A DNA stretch of 64,000 nucleotides, taken from Eledone cirrhosa. Taxonomy: Eukaryota. Each line of letters opens with the position of its first letter. Position 1 is the stretch's first letter. The position numbers and the translations under genes were made by a program. Under the pieces are notes generated by a model. That model saw only the letters and a list, made by a program, of their open reading frames with translations, ran no database searches and was not told where the DNA came from. The DNA is taken from the NCBI GenBank assembly GCA_964016885.1, contig OZ024744.1:101928001-101992000 (forward strand), in the 5' to 3' direction. Below, piece by piece: positions 1 through 13,889 of this stretch.

Positions 1-3000
1 ATTGGCTTTGTTTATTATTGGTTTGTTTATTGATGGCTTGTTTATTGTTACTTTGTTTAATGTTGGCTTTGTTTATTTTTGGTTTGTTTATTATTAGCTC
101 TGTTTATTGTTGCTTTGTTTATTGTTGGCTTTGTTTATTGTTGGTTTGTTTATTGTTGGCTTTGTTTATTGTTGGTTTTGTTTATTGTTTGTTTATTGTT
201 GGTTTGTTAATTGTTCATTTGTTTATTGTTGGTTTTAATTATTGTTCATTTGTTTATTGTTGGTTTGTTTATTGTTGGTTTGGTTATTGTTGGCTTTGTT
301 TATTGTTGTCTTTGTTTATTGTTGGTTTGTTTAATGTTGGCTTTGTTTATTCTTGGTTTGTTTATTATTAGCTCTGTTTATTGTGGCTTTGTTTATTGTT
401 GGCTTTGTTTATTGTTGGTTTGTTTATTGTTCGCTTTGTTTATGGTTGGTTTGTTTATTGTTGGCTTTGTTTATTGTTGGCTTTGTTTATTGTTGGCTTT
501 GTTTATTGTTGATTTATTTATTGTTGGCTTTGTTTATTGTTGGTTTGTTTATTGATGGCTTTGTTTATTGTTAGTTTGTTTATTGTTGGCTTTGTTTATT
601 TTTGGTTTGTTTATTATTAGCTTTGTTTATTGTTGGCTTTGTTGATTGTTGATTTTGTTTATTGTTGGCTTTGTTTATTGTTGGCTTTGTTTATTGTTGG
701 TTTGTTTATTGTTGGTTTTGTTTATTGTTGGTTTGTTTATTGTTGGTTTGTTTATTGTTGGTTTTGTTTATTGTTGGTTTGTTTATTGTTGGTTTGTTTA
801 TTGTTGGCTTTGTTTATTGTTGGTTTGTTTATTGTTTGTTTATTTATTGTTGGCTTTGTTTATTGTTGGCTTTGTTTATTATTGGCTTTGTTTATTGTTG
901 GTTTGTTTATTGTTGGCTTTATTTATTTTTGGTTTGTTTATTGTTGGCTTTATTTATTGTTGGTTTGTTTATTGTTGGCTTTGTTTATTGTTGGCTTTGT
1001 TTATTGTTGGTTTATTTATTGTTGGCTTTGTTTATTGTTGGTTTCGTTTATTGTTTGTTTATTGTTGGTTTGTTTATTGTTGGTTTGTTTATTGTTGGTT
1101 TGTTTATTGTTGATTTGTTTATTGTTGGTTTGTTTATTGTTGATTTGTTTATTGTTGGTTTGTTTATTGTTGGTTTGGTTATTGTTGGCTTTGTTTATTG
1201 TTGTCTTTGTTTATTGTTGATTTGTTTATTGTTGGCTTTGTTCATTGTTGGTTTGTTTATTGTTGGCTTTGTTTATTGTTGGTTTGTTTATCGTTAGCTT
1301 TGTTTAATGTTGGTTTGTTTATTGTTGGCTTTGTTTATCGTTGGTTTGTTTATTGTTGGCTTTGTTTATTGTTGGTTTATTTATTGTTGGCTTTGTTTAT
1401 TGTTGGTTTGTTTATTGTTGGCTTTGTTTATTGTTGCTTTGTTTATTATTGGCTTTGTTTATTATTGGTTTGTTTATTGATGGCTTGTTTATTGTTACTT
1501 TGTTTAATGTTGGCTTTGTTTATTTTTGGTTTGTTTATTATTAGCTCTGTTTATTGTTGCTTTGTTTATTGTTGGCTTTGTTTATTGTTGGTTTGTTTAT
1601 TGTTGGCTTTGTTTATTGTTGGTTTTGTTTATTGTTTGTTTATTGTTGGTTTGTTAATTGTTCATTTGTTTATTGTTGGTTTGTTTATTGTTCATTTGTT
1701 TATTGTTGGTTTGTTTATTGTTGGTTTGGTTATTGTTGGCTTTGTTTATTGTTGTCTTTGTTTATTGTTGGTTTGTTTAATGTTGGCTTTGTTTATTCTT
1801 GGTTTGTTTATTATTAGCTCTGTTTATTGTGGCTTTGTTTATTGTTGGCTTTGTTTATTGTTGGTTTGTTTATTGTTCGCTTTGTTTATGGTTGGTTTGT
1901 TTATTGTTGGCTTTGTTTATTGTTGGCTTTGTTTATTGTTGGCTTTGTTTATTGTTGGTTTATTTATTGTTGGCATTGTTTATTGTTGATTTTGTTTATT
2001 GCTTGTTTGTTTATTGTTGGTTTGTTTATTGTTGGTTTGTTTATTGTTGATTTGTTTATTGTTGGTTTGTTTATTGTTGGTTTGTTTATTGTTGGCTTTG
2101 TTTATTGTTGGCTTTGTTTATTGTTGGTTTGTTTATTGTTGGTTTGTTTATTGTTGGCTTTGTTTATTGTTGGTTTGTTTATTGTTGGCTTTGTTTATCG
2201 TTGGTTTGTTTATCGTTAGCTTTGTTTAATGTTGGTTTGTTTATTGTTGGCTTTGTTTATTGTTGGCTTTGTTTATTGTTGGTTTATTTATTGTTGGCTT
2301 TGTTTATTGTTGGTTTGTTTATTGTTGGCTTTGTTTATTGTTGCTTTGTTTATTGTTGGCTTTGTTTATTGTTGGTTTATTTATTGTTGGCTTTGTTTAT
2401 TGTTGCTTTGTTTATTATTGGCTTTGTTTATTATTGGTTTGTTTATTGATGGCTTTGTTTATTGTTAGTTTGTTTATTGTTGGCTTTGTTTATTTTTGGT
2501 TTGTTTATTATTAGCTCTGTTTATTGTTGGCTTTGTTTATTTTTGGCTTTGTTTATTGTTGGCTTTGTTTATTGTTGGCTTTGTTTATTGTTGGCTTTGT
2601 TTATTGTTGGTTTGTTTATTGTTGGTTTTGTTTATTGTTGGTTTGTTTATTGTTGGCTTTGTTTATTGTTGGTTTGTTTATTGTTGGCTTTGTTTATTGT
2701 TGGTTTGTTTATTGTTTGTTTGTTTATTGTTGGCTTTGTTTATTGTTGGCTTTGTTTATTATTGGCTTTGTTTATTGTTGGTTTGTTTACCTGTTGGCTT
2801 TATTTATTTTTGGTTTGTTTATTGTTGGCTTTATTTATTGTTGGTTTGTTTATTGTTGGCTTTGTTTATTGTTGGCTTTGTTTATTGTTGGTTTATTTAT
2901 TGTTGGCTTTGTTTATTGTTGGTTTCGTTTATTGTTTGTTTATTGTTGGTTTGTTTATTGTTGGTTTGTTTATTGTTGATTTGTTTATTGTTGGTTTGTT

Positions 3001-6000
3001 TATTGTTGATTTGTTTATTGTTGGTTTGTTTATTGTTGGTTTGGTTATTGTTGGCTTTGTTTATTGTTGTCTTTGTTTATTGTTGGTTTGTTTATTGTTG
3101 GCTTTGTTCATTGTTGGTTTGTTTATTGTTGGCTTTGTTTATTGTTGGTTTGTTTATCGTTAGCTTTGTTTAATGTTGGTTTGTTTATTGTTGGCTTTGT
3201 TTATCGTTGGTTTGTTTATTGTTGGCTTTGTTTATTGTTGGTTTATTTATTGTTGGCTTTGTTTATTGTTGGTTTGTTTATTGTTGGCTTTGTTTATTGT
3301 TGCTTTGTTTATTATTGGCTTTGTTTATTATTGGTTTGTTTATTGATGGCTTGTTTATTGTTAGTTTGTTTAATGTTGGCTTTGTTTATTTTTGGTTTGT
3401 TTATTATTAGCTCTGTTTATTGTTGCTTTGTTTATTGTTGGCTTTGTTTATTGTTGGTTTGTTTATTGTTGGCTTTGTTTATTGTTGGTTTTGTTTATTG
3501 TTTGTTTATTGTTGGTTTGTTTATTGTTCATTTGTTTATTGTTGGTTTGTTTATTGTTGATTTGTTTATTGTTGGTTTGTTTATTGTTGGTTTGGTTATT
3601 GTTGGCTTTGTTTATTGTTGTCTTTGTTTATTGTTGGTTTGTTTAATGTTGGCTTTGTTTATTCTTGGTTTGTTTATTATTAGCTCTGTTTATTGTGGCT
3701 TTGTTTATTGTTGGCTTTGTTTATTGTTGGTTTGTTTATTGTTCGCTTTGTTTATGGTTGGTTTGTTTATTGTTGGCTTTGTTTATTGTTGGCTTTGTTT
3801 ATTATTGGCTTTGTTTATTGTTGGTTTATTTATTGTTGGCATTGTTTATTGTTGATTTTGTTTATTGCTTGTTTGTTTATTGTTGGTTTGTTTATTGTTG
3901 GTTTGTTTATTGTTGATTTGTATATTGTTGGTTTGTTTATTGTTGGTTTGTTTATTGTTGGCTTTGTTTATTGTTGGCTTTGTTTATTGTTGGTTTGTTT
4001 ATTGTTGGCTTTGTTTATTGTTGGCTTTGTTTATTGTTGGTTTGTTTATTGTTGGCTTTGTTTATCGTTGGTTTGTTTATCGTTAGCTTTGTTTAATGTT
4101 GGTTTGTTTATTGTTGGCTTTGTTTATTGTTGGTTTGTTTATTGTTGGCTTTGTTTATTGTTGCTTTGTTTATTGTTGGCTTTGTTTATTGTTGGTTTAT
4201 TTATTGTTGGCTTTGTTTATTGTGGCTTTGTTTATTATTGGCTTTGTTTATTATTGGTTTGTTTATTGATGGCTTTGTTTATTGTTAGTTTGTTTATTGT
4301 TGGCTTTGTTTATTTTTGGCTTTGTTTATTGTTGGCTTTGTTTATTGTTGGCTTTGTTTATTGTTGGCTTTGTTTATTGTTGGTTTGTTTATTGTTGGTT
4401 TTGTTTATTGTTGGTTTGTTTATTGTTGGCTTTGTATATTGTTGGTTTGTTTATTGTTGGCATTGTTTATTGTTGGTTTGTTTATTATTAGCTTTGTTTA
4501 TTGTTGGCTTTGTTTATTTTTGGCTTTGTTTATTGTTGGCTTTGTTTATTGTTGATTTTGTTTATTGTTGGCTTTGTTTATTGTTGGTTTGTTTATTGTT
4601 GGTTTTGTTTATTGTTGGTTTGTTTGTTGTTGGTTTGTTTATTGTTGGCTTTGTTTATTGTTGGTTTGTTTATTGTTTGTTTGTTTATTGTTGGCTTTGT
4701 TTATTGTTGGCTTTGTTTATTATTGGCTTTGTTTATTGTTGGTTTGTTTACTGTTGGTTTTTTTATTGTTGGCTTTGTTTATTGTTGCTTTGTTTATTGT
4801 TGGCTTTGTTTATTGTTGGTTTATTTATTGTTGGCTTTGTTTATTGTTGCTTTGTTTATTATTGGCTTTGTTTATTATTGGTTTGTTTATTGATGGCTTT
4901 GTTTATTGTTAGTTTGTTTATTGTTGGCTTTGTTTATTTTTGGTTTGTTTATTATTAGCTCTGTTTATTGTTGGCTTTGTTTATTTTTGGCTTTGTTTAT
5001 TGTTGGCTTTGTTTATTGTTGATTTTGTTTATTGTTGGCTTTGTTTATTGTTGGCTTTGTTCATTGTTGGTTTGTTTATTGTTGGTTTTGTTTATTGTTG
5101 GTTTGTTTATTGTTGGGTTTGTATATTGTTGGTTTGTTTATTGTTGGCTTTGTTTATTGTTGGTTTGTTTTTTGTTGGCTTTGTTTATTGTTGGTTTATT
5201 TATTGTTGGCTTTGTTTATTGTTGGTTTGTTTATTGTTGGTTTGTTTATTGTTGGTTTGTTTTTTGTTGGCTTTGTTTATTGTTGGTTTATTTATTGTTG
5301 GCTTTGTTTATTGTTGGTTTGTTTATTGTTGGCTTTGTTTATTGTTGCTTTGTTTATTATTGGCTTTGTTTATTATTGGTTTGTTTATTGATGGCTTTGT
5401 TTATTGTTAGTTTGTTTATTGTTGGCTTTGTTTATTTTTGGTTTGTTTATTATTAGCTTTGTTTATTGTTGGCTTTGTTCATTTTTGGCTTTGTTTATTG
5501 ATGGCTTTGTTTATTGTTGATTTTGTTTATTGTTGGCTTTGTTTATTGTTGGCTTTGTTTATTGTTGGCTTTGTTTATTGTTGGTTTTGTTTATTGTTGG
5601 TTTGTTTATTGTTGGTTTGTTTATTGTTGGTTTTGTTTATCGTTGGCTTTGTTTATTGTTGGTTTGTTTATTGTTGGCTTTGTTTATTGTTGGTTTGTTT
5701 ATTGTTTGTTTGTTTATTGTTGGCTTTGTTTATTGTTGGCTTTGTTTATTATTGGCTTTGTTTATTGTTGGTTTGTTTACTGTTGGCTTTATTTATTTTT
5801 GGTTTGTTTATTTTTGGCTTTATTTATTGTTGGTTTGTTTATTGTTGGCTTTGTTTATTGTTGGTTTGTTTATTGTTGGTTTGTTTATTGTTTGTTTGTT
5901 TATTGTTGGCTTTGTTTATTGTTGGCTTTCTTTATTATTGGCTTTGTTTATTGTTGGTTTGTTTACTGTTGGCTTTATTTATTTTTGGTTTGTTTATTTT

Positions 6001-6480
6001 TGGCTTTATTTATTGTTGGTTTGTTTATTGTTGGCTTTGTTTATTGTTGGTTTGTTTATTGTTGGTTTGTTTATTGTTGGCTTTGTTTATTATTGGCTTT
6101 GTTTAGTTGGCTTTGTTTATTGTTGGCTTTATTTATTGTTGGCTTTGTTTATTATTGGCTTTGTTATTGTTGGCTTTGTTCATTGTTGGCTTTGTTTATT
6201 GTTGGCTTTGTTTATTATTGGCTTTGTTTATTGTTGGCTTTGTTTATTGTTGGCTTTTTTTGTTGTTGGCTTCTTTTATTGTTGGCTTTGTTTATTTTTG
6301 GCTTTGTTTATTGTTGGCTTTGTTTATTGTTGGTTTGTTTATTGTTGGCTTGTTTATTGTTGGCTTCGTTTATCATTGGCTTTGTTTATTGTTGGTTTGT
6401 TTATTGTTGGCTTTGTTTATTGTTGGTTCGTTTATTGTTGGTTTGTTTATTGTTGGTTTGTTTATTGTTGGCTTTGTTTA
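1..6480. repeat. Tandem satellite of 15/16-bp units (TTGTTTATTGTTGG[C]T) with higher-order duplications
   Basis: Hundreds of unit copies. Variant blocks recur at offsets of 1446 bp (1 vs 1447) and 1866 bp (1198 vs 3064). Runs off the window start. Confidence 0.97.
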
Positions 6481-6690
6481 CATTTAGGCCATTCGATGAT
6501 TGCTTGCATTTGTTCTATATATGTATGTAGTGTATATGTATGTAGTGTAAATATGTGCATGTATTTTTAGGGTAGTTATCGATGATTAATAGACTAGTTG
6601 GAACAATAACGGTCTTGTTTATCTATATATTTCTCTCTCTCCCGTCTCTCTCTCTCTCTCTCCCTCCCTCTCTCTCTATATATATATATA

Positions 6691-7272
6691 GAAAAAGAAA
6701 ATGCTAAGTAAGTTTCAGATGTTAAAGTCCTTTACTGATAAGGCTGTGATACATATTTCAATGCCAACAGTGGTCACGCAATTCTGCCTAACCAGTGCCA
6801 TGATCTCATCAGACCACTTCTTACATAATAAGGTTACATTCTTGTATGGGGAGATTGGTTGGAGAGGGGCTTGCCTAGGCTACATTCGTTGTTTTGGGTA
6901 GCAGTTATATGGTAAACTTCCCCCACATTTGCACCTGCCTCGATCTGTGGGTGGAGGGAAGTTAGGGCCCACAAGGGAACAGGCGAAGGCTTCAAGAACA
7001 TCATCTTTGTCCATTCCCTTGTCGCTTTAATTTAGATTGCCTCAAGAACGTAACCTTATTATGTAAGAAGCTGTCTGATGAGATCATGACACTGGTTAGG
7101 CAGAATTGCGTGGCCACTGTCGACATTGAAATATGTATCACAGCCTTATCAATAAAGGACTTTAACATCTGAAACTACTTGGCATTTTCTTATTCTAAAT
7201 ATATTCCGTCATTCCTATGTGGATAAAGTATGTAGAGTGGTTGAATTGAATTGCATCAATATTTACCGTAAG
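6691..7272. mobile_element. Non-coding head-to-head inverted element (PLE terminal-repeat type) with an HHR in each arm
   Basis: 6691-6844 is the reverse complement of ~7043-7195. The right arm extends ~75 bp further. TA runs lie on both sides. Confidence 0.75.
7070..7144 (+). ncRNA. Type I hammerhead ribozyme (mirror copy at 6743-6817, - strand)
   Basis: GCTGT-CTGATGA-long stem II-GAAA-TATGTA-TC-ACAGC; stem I is GCTGT/ACAGC. Confidence 0.75.
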
Positions 7273-7282
7273 TATATATATA

Positions 7283-7710
7283 TTGTTCTATTTTGAGAGG
7301 GTCAAGCTGCCAATAAAAACACACGCACCTGTTGGCTTTCACTTCAATTTATTATAAGTTTCTGGTTGGTTAGTTGGTTGGTTGGTTTGATAACTGGAAA
7401 GTTGTTTATATATTATCAAAGCTCCTTCGTCACACATTCTGTGACCTCCTCCGTGACTACCTTTTTATTTTGTGTCTCTCCTTTGTTCTGTCCTACACCT
7501 TCTTGTTTTTGTGTGTTGTGTGCTTAGTTTGAGCATGCGTTACATCTGAATTAACAAAACAAATCAGGCACACAGAGTTAGCACAACAAACCTACTAGTG
7601 ACAAGTAAATAAACACATAAATAAATAAATAAAAACACACACCCGGGTGTAACGCATGCTCAAACTAAGCACACAACACACAACACACAAACAAGATGGT
7701 GTAGATAAAG
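7283..7710. mobile_element. Diverged PLE family A terminal-repeat fragments, partly inverted
   Basis: Similar to 31898-32270. Decayed HHR remnant near 7415-7457. 7600-7710 is inverted relative to ~7490-7545. Confidence 0.65.
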
Positions 7711-7934
7711 AAGGAAATAATGTCATTCCCAAATGTTCCTCTCTCCCACCTTCTTTTGGGAGTGACATTATTTCCTTTCTTATCTCTTCCCACCCTTCAT
7801 TCTCATACTCTATCTCCGCCAAACAATACAACTACTCAAAACAAAGAACCACAGAATACCCCAACTGGATGTGAAATGTTTTTGTTTTTTTTAAACTGTA
7901 CCCAGATATCTCCAATCATTAACAAACTGAGATT

Positions 7935-8013
7935 CTGATGAGCATTTGATTACAAAGTCAGGCCAGATCGATACAGATCGAACCTTGAGCTGATCAATAG
8001 TGAAACACGTGTT
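7935..8013 (+). ncRNA. Decayed type I hammerhead motif
   Basis: CTGATGA ... TTGATTA/TGATCAA stem II ... GAAA-CACGTG-TT; stem I does not pair well. Confidence 0.5.
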
Positions 8014-8381
8014 ACACCTGAATAAACTTAATGGATGATACTCTGACACCTCGTTCCTACTTATTTTAATTATATAGATATAGATATATATATGAAGTAC
8101 GTGAATTTGCATCTCTAGGGATATACGATATGTTTATAAATAAACATTTTAAAAGCCTTCAGCTAAGAATTTGGAAACTGATGGCGTAGCGCCATCTAGT
8201 GTGTTCCAACAAAAGTTAAGGATAGGTAACCAGCAATGATGACATCATCATTTCTGACTCTGTTATAAATTGACTGTGTTCAGACATGGACATGGTTGGG
8301 GTCCGCGAGGTTTAAAAGTGCCCTAGATACGCCATATCACGGTGCCTCTATGATTCCACAAGTTATGGGATCTTTATCCTT

Positions 8382-8427
<46 letters not shown>

Positions 8428-8432
<5 letters not shown>

Positions 8433-8806
8433 ATACTTTGGGAGGGTCATGTTGCCAATAAGAAACACACGCACCAGTTGCTTTCACTTCAATTTATTAT
8501 ATATTTATAAATTTATAAATTTACAAATCTACAAACTTATAAATTTCTGGTTGGTTGGTTGGTTCCACAACCAGATAGTTGTTTATATATAGTCATAGTC
8601 CTTTCGTCACACACTCTGTGACCTCTTCAGAAATTTATAAGTTTGTAGATTTGTAAATTTATAAATTTATAAATATATAATAAATTGAAGTGAAAGCAAC
8701 TGGTGCGTGTGTTTCTTATTGGCAACATGACCCTCCCAAAGTATAACAATATCGGTTTCAACACACGAGTTCAGATAAAGAATCTTGCTAAACAAATTCA
8801 GAAACG

Positions 8807-8808
<2 letters not shown>
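8428..8808. mobile_element. PLE family A head-to-head terminal fragments in (TA)n
   Basis: 8428-8549 is inverted versus 8629-8750 and near-identical to 31842-32101. Truncated HHR at 8591-8630 (-). Confidence 0.85.
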
Positions 8809-8880
<72 letters not shown>

Positions 8881-8882
<2 letters not shown>

Positions 8883-9059
8883 CAAAGGAATTGTGGTAAG
8901 AAACCAGATGGACCATAATGCACCAGAGTACTCAATACTTAGGGTAGTAGAGTGGGAAATAGGAAAAAGTATGACCCCGACGGCAGAGCTCAAGCCGTTT
9001 CGACGGCTATTTCTGGACTGAAATAGCCCTCGAAATGGCTTGAGCTTTGCCTTTTCCTA
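8881..9059. mobile_element. Family C short foldback copy
   Basis: Matches 29832-29970 and then folds back (GAAATAGCCCTCGAAATGGCTTGAGCT). Flanked by (TA)n. Confidence 0.8.
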
Positions 9060-9073
9060 CATATACTTTTTCT

Positions 9074-10482
<1,409 letters not shown>

Positions 10483-10900
10483 TTATCATCATCATCTCCA
10501 TTTTACCTCGATATCTCTATGCTAGCATGGGTTAGACGGGTTGTTCTGTTGTGGGCAATGCCAGGTCAGGTGATCGTGTCTAGCTCATACAGGACTGATT
10601 TTGGCTCAGTTTCTACAGCTGGATGTCCTTCCTAACACCAACCTCATTTACAGTGTGGACTGGGAGCCTTTTTACCATGTTTCCTACATGACCACTTTAT
10701 AGTGTGGACTGGGTGCTTTTTGTCGTGACACCTACACGACCACTTTATAGTTTAGACTGGGTGCTTTTTGTTGTGACACTTACATGACCACTTTATAGTG
10801 TGGACTGGGTGCTTTTTGTCGTGTCACCTACACGACCACAGCGGGAGGGGTATGGGAGTATATTGTCTACATGCTTCAACTTTGACTTGTTCCCGTGGGA
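10483..10900 (-). mobile_element. RTE 3' UTR fragment with an internal ~49-bp tandem repeat
   Basis: Reverse complement of the RTE 3' UTR. GACCACTTTATAGTGTGGACTGGGTGCTTTTTG is repeated three times at ~10690-10835. Confidence 0.85.
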
Positions 10901-11464
10901 ACTTGGGAACTATATAATGTTTATTTGTATGCATAATTATGTGAAATAAAATGTCCCCTAACTTACTAGGAATCTTTAGTCAGTGCAATGGGCTTGATGG
11001 GTTTTTTGTTACGTTTTATATAATTTTGTCCAGTTTCTAAATTTGTCGGCGCTGAAAATATTGGTGAGTGAAATAAATTCTTTAAGTCATTGATTTTATT
11101 GGTATCATTAAACTGTGAAATGTTTGAATTTTGTGACTAAGCAACATTTCAGCAGGTGATATGTTCTTGTTGATCAATAAGTTTGGTTTAATGCTGTATG
11201 GTGTCAGGAAATTTTTGATGAATTTAAAGTCTACTTTAATTTGTCTGTTTGCGTCTTTCTTCTTGTTTGCCTTACTTGTGGATGGTATGTATGTACAACA
11301 ACAACTGACGATAAAAAAAAAAGAAAAGAAAAAAAATAACACACACACAACACAACAACAACATCAACTGCCACCACCATCACCACCACCATCCACCGCC
11401 ACCATCACCATCACCATCACCAGCGATCCGGCCTTAAGAAAACAACAACTTTAGTAATAATAAT

Positions 11465-11600
11465 TATTCTGCTTTTGGCACGGAGACAGCGATTGTCCCA
11501 GTGCATTACTGGTGCTCTCTTTTGTTGACTCCGTGGGGATGAAAGGCAAGGTTGACCTCGGCGGGATTTGAGCTCGGAGCGTGGAGGGCCATAGCTCTAT
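11465..11600 (-). mobile_element. tRNA-derived SINE fragment
   Basis: Homologous to 22890-23057 and 53650-53825 (B-box GAGTTCAAATCCC, CCAGTAATGCACTGGG core). Confidence 0.7.
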
Positions 11601-11739
11601 GCTGTAAAGCAATTATAATAATACTGAACGGTAACACGAACGGCTTCAACTATACAAACTCTTTCGAAAGTCAACAGTTTGACATAATCTTGTATCAGTA
11701 ATGACGGTAATATATATACTGTATATATATATATATATA

Positions 11740-13722
11740 AGAAAGATGCATGATAGATTACTAAATGAGGAGAATGCATGGGAAGAAGAGACCCTACCCC
11801 AAGTAGACCCTATAGAGGGGCCAGCAGTACAAGTCAGCAGCAGCGTAGTAAATAAGGCAATCAAAGATATGAAGACGGGGAAGGCAACCGGTCCATCGGG
11901 TATAGCTGCCGAGATGCTGAAGGCATCTGGGTCGGTAGGTCACACCATAACCACACAAATTGTTAACCAGGTAATACTAGAAGGTGTCATACCAAAGGAT
12001 TGGTGCAGCAGCATCATTATCAACTGCTACAAAGATAAAGGTGATGCACTAGATAGAGGAAACTATAAAAGTATAAAGTTGATGGACCAGGTCATGAAAG
12101 TAACAGAAAGAGTTATAGCACAGTTGATTAGGGACTGGGTAAAACTAGATGAGATGCAGTTTGGGTTTGTGCCAGGAAGAGGTACCACTGATGTCCTCTT
12201 CCTTGTGAGGCAGTTACAGGAAAAGTACCTAGCTAAAAGTAAGCCGCTTTACCTGGCATTCGTCGAACTCGAGAAAGCGTTTGACAGAGTGCCCTGTGCT
12301 ATAATCTGGTGGGCTCTTAGAAAACTAGGAGTAGATGAATGGCTTGTAAAAGCTGTACAAACCATGTATAGGGGAGCAGTCAGCAAAGTTAGGATTAGCA
12401 ATGACTATAGCGAAGAATTTAGCGTACAGGTCGGTGTCCATCAGGGCTCTGTTCTTAGCCCTCTCCTGTTCATCATAGTTCTGCAGGCAATAATGGAGGA
12501 CTTTAAGACCGGATGCCCATGGGAACTCCTGTATGTAGATGACCTCGCACTTATAGCTGAATCTATGGTAGAACTAGAGAAGAAATTCCAAACTTAGAAG
12601 CAGCGACTAGAAAGAAAGGGTCTCAAAGTCAACCTGACAAAAACTAAGGTCTTTGTAAGTAGAAAACAGAACCCAGATCCCCTCAGGTAAATGGCCTTGT
12701 TCAGTATGTATGAAAGGTGTAGGTAGGAACTCCATTCTCTGCCCCAAATACAAACAATGGGTACACAAGAGATGTAGCGGGATCTCAGGAAGCTTAACTA
12801 AGAATGTAGGCTTCACATGTAGCAGCTGTGCTGGGAATGCAAGCAGCAAACAGCCACAGGAAACAAGTACCACCAAACTCTGGGAGGGCTCTGTAGAAAC
12901 AGTAGACAGCTTCTGCTACCTAGGTGACCGAATTAGCAGTGGAGGTGGGTGTTCGGGAAGTACAATAACTAGGGAAAGAATGGGATGGAAGAAGTTCAGG
13001 GACCTACTGCCACTGATAGCTGCAAAAGGCTTTTCCCTCAAAATGAAAGGCAGACTGTATGATGCGTGTATATGAATAGCAATGTTACATGGTAGTGAGA
13101 CCTGGGCGCTGTCTGTGGAAGACTTGCGTAGATTAGAAAGAAACGAAGCCTGCATGCTCCGATGGATGTGTAATAGTAATATACGTGAACGACAAAGCAT
13201 AAATGAATTGAGAGAGAGACTGATCATAAGAGGAATCAAATGTTGTGTGCAGGAGAAGCGGTTGCGTTGGTATGGACATGTGATGCGTATGAAGGTTGAT
13301 AGCAGCATAAAAAGGTGAAGCCGCGGAGTGGGGAGACCCAAGAAGACCTGGGATGAGGTGATACAAGCCGACCTTACCCAATTACACCTCTCAAAGGCGA
13401 TGACACACAACCGTGACTTCTGGCGTCACGCAGTAATACAGAAGACCCCCCCCCCCACCTCACGGGTACAAGCCGAAGCTGAAGCATATAGACAATATGC
13501 CCCCACACCCTCCCACTGTAAAGTGGACGTGTAGGCGCCACGGAAAAAAGCACCCAGCCCACACTGTAAATGAGGTTGGTGTTAGGAAGGGCATCCAGCT
13601 GTAGAAATCAAGCCAGAATCAGTTCCCGTATTAGCAAGGCATGGTCAGCCGACCAGACACTGCCCACAACAGGACAACCTGTTAGTGTGGAAGAATGGAC
13701 GTAAAACGGTGATGATGATGAT
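11740..13722 (+). mobile_element. RTE-clade LINE, RT pseudogene plus 3' UTR
   Basis: ORF 11701-12597 has QFGFVPGRGTTD, ELEKAFDRV, GVHQGSVLSPLLF and YVDD. Stops follow downstream; (GAT)n tail. Confidence 0.93.
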
Positions 13723-13889
13723 GATATATGTGTGTGTGTGTGTAAGTGAGTAGCGTGTGTGTGATTGTTTGTATGCATGAGTGTTGGTGGGTGCGTGTGT
13801 ATATATGTGTGTGTGTGTGCGTGTGTGTATGTCGTACGTATGAGTGTCAATAAGTGATTTTTTTTATTAAAAAAAAAATTTTTTTATGC

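Noticed and set aside
1-6480. CRISPR-like array
   Set aside because: No unique spacers, eukaryotic context, and no cas genes.
18-6570. Many long hydrophobic ORFs (LLLVCLLLALFIVG...)
   Set aside because: They arise from a stop-poor satellite and are open in all three frames.
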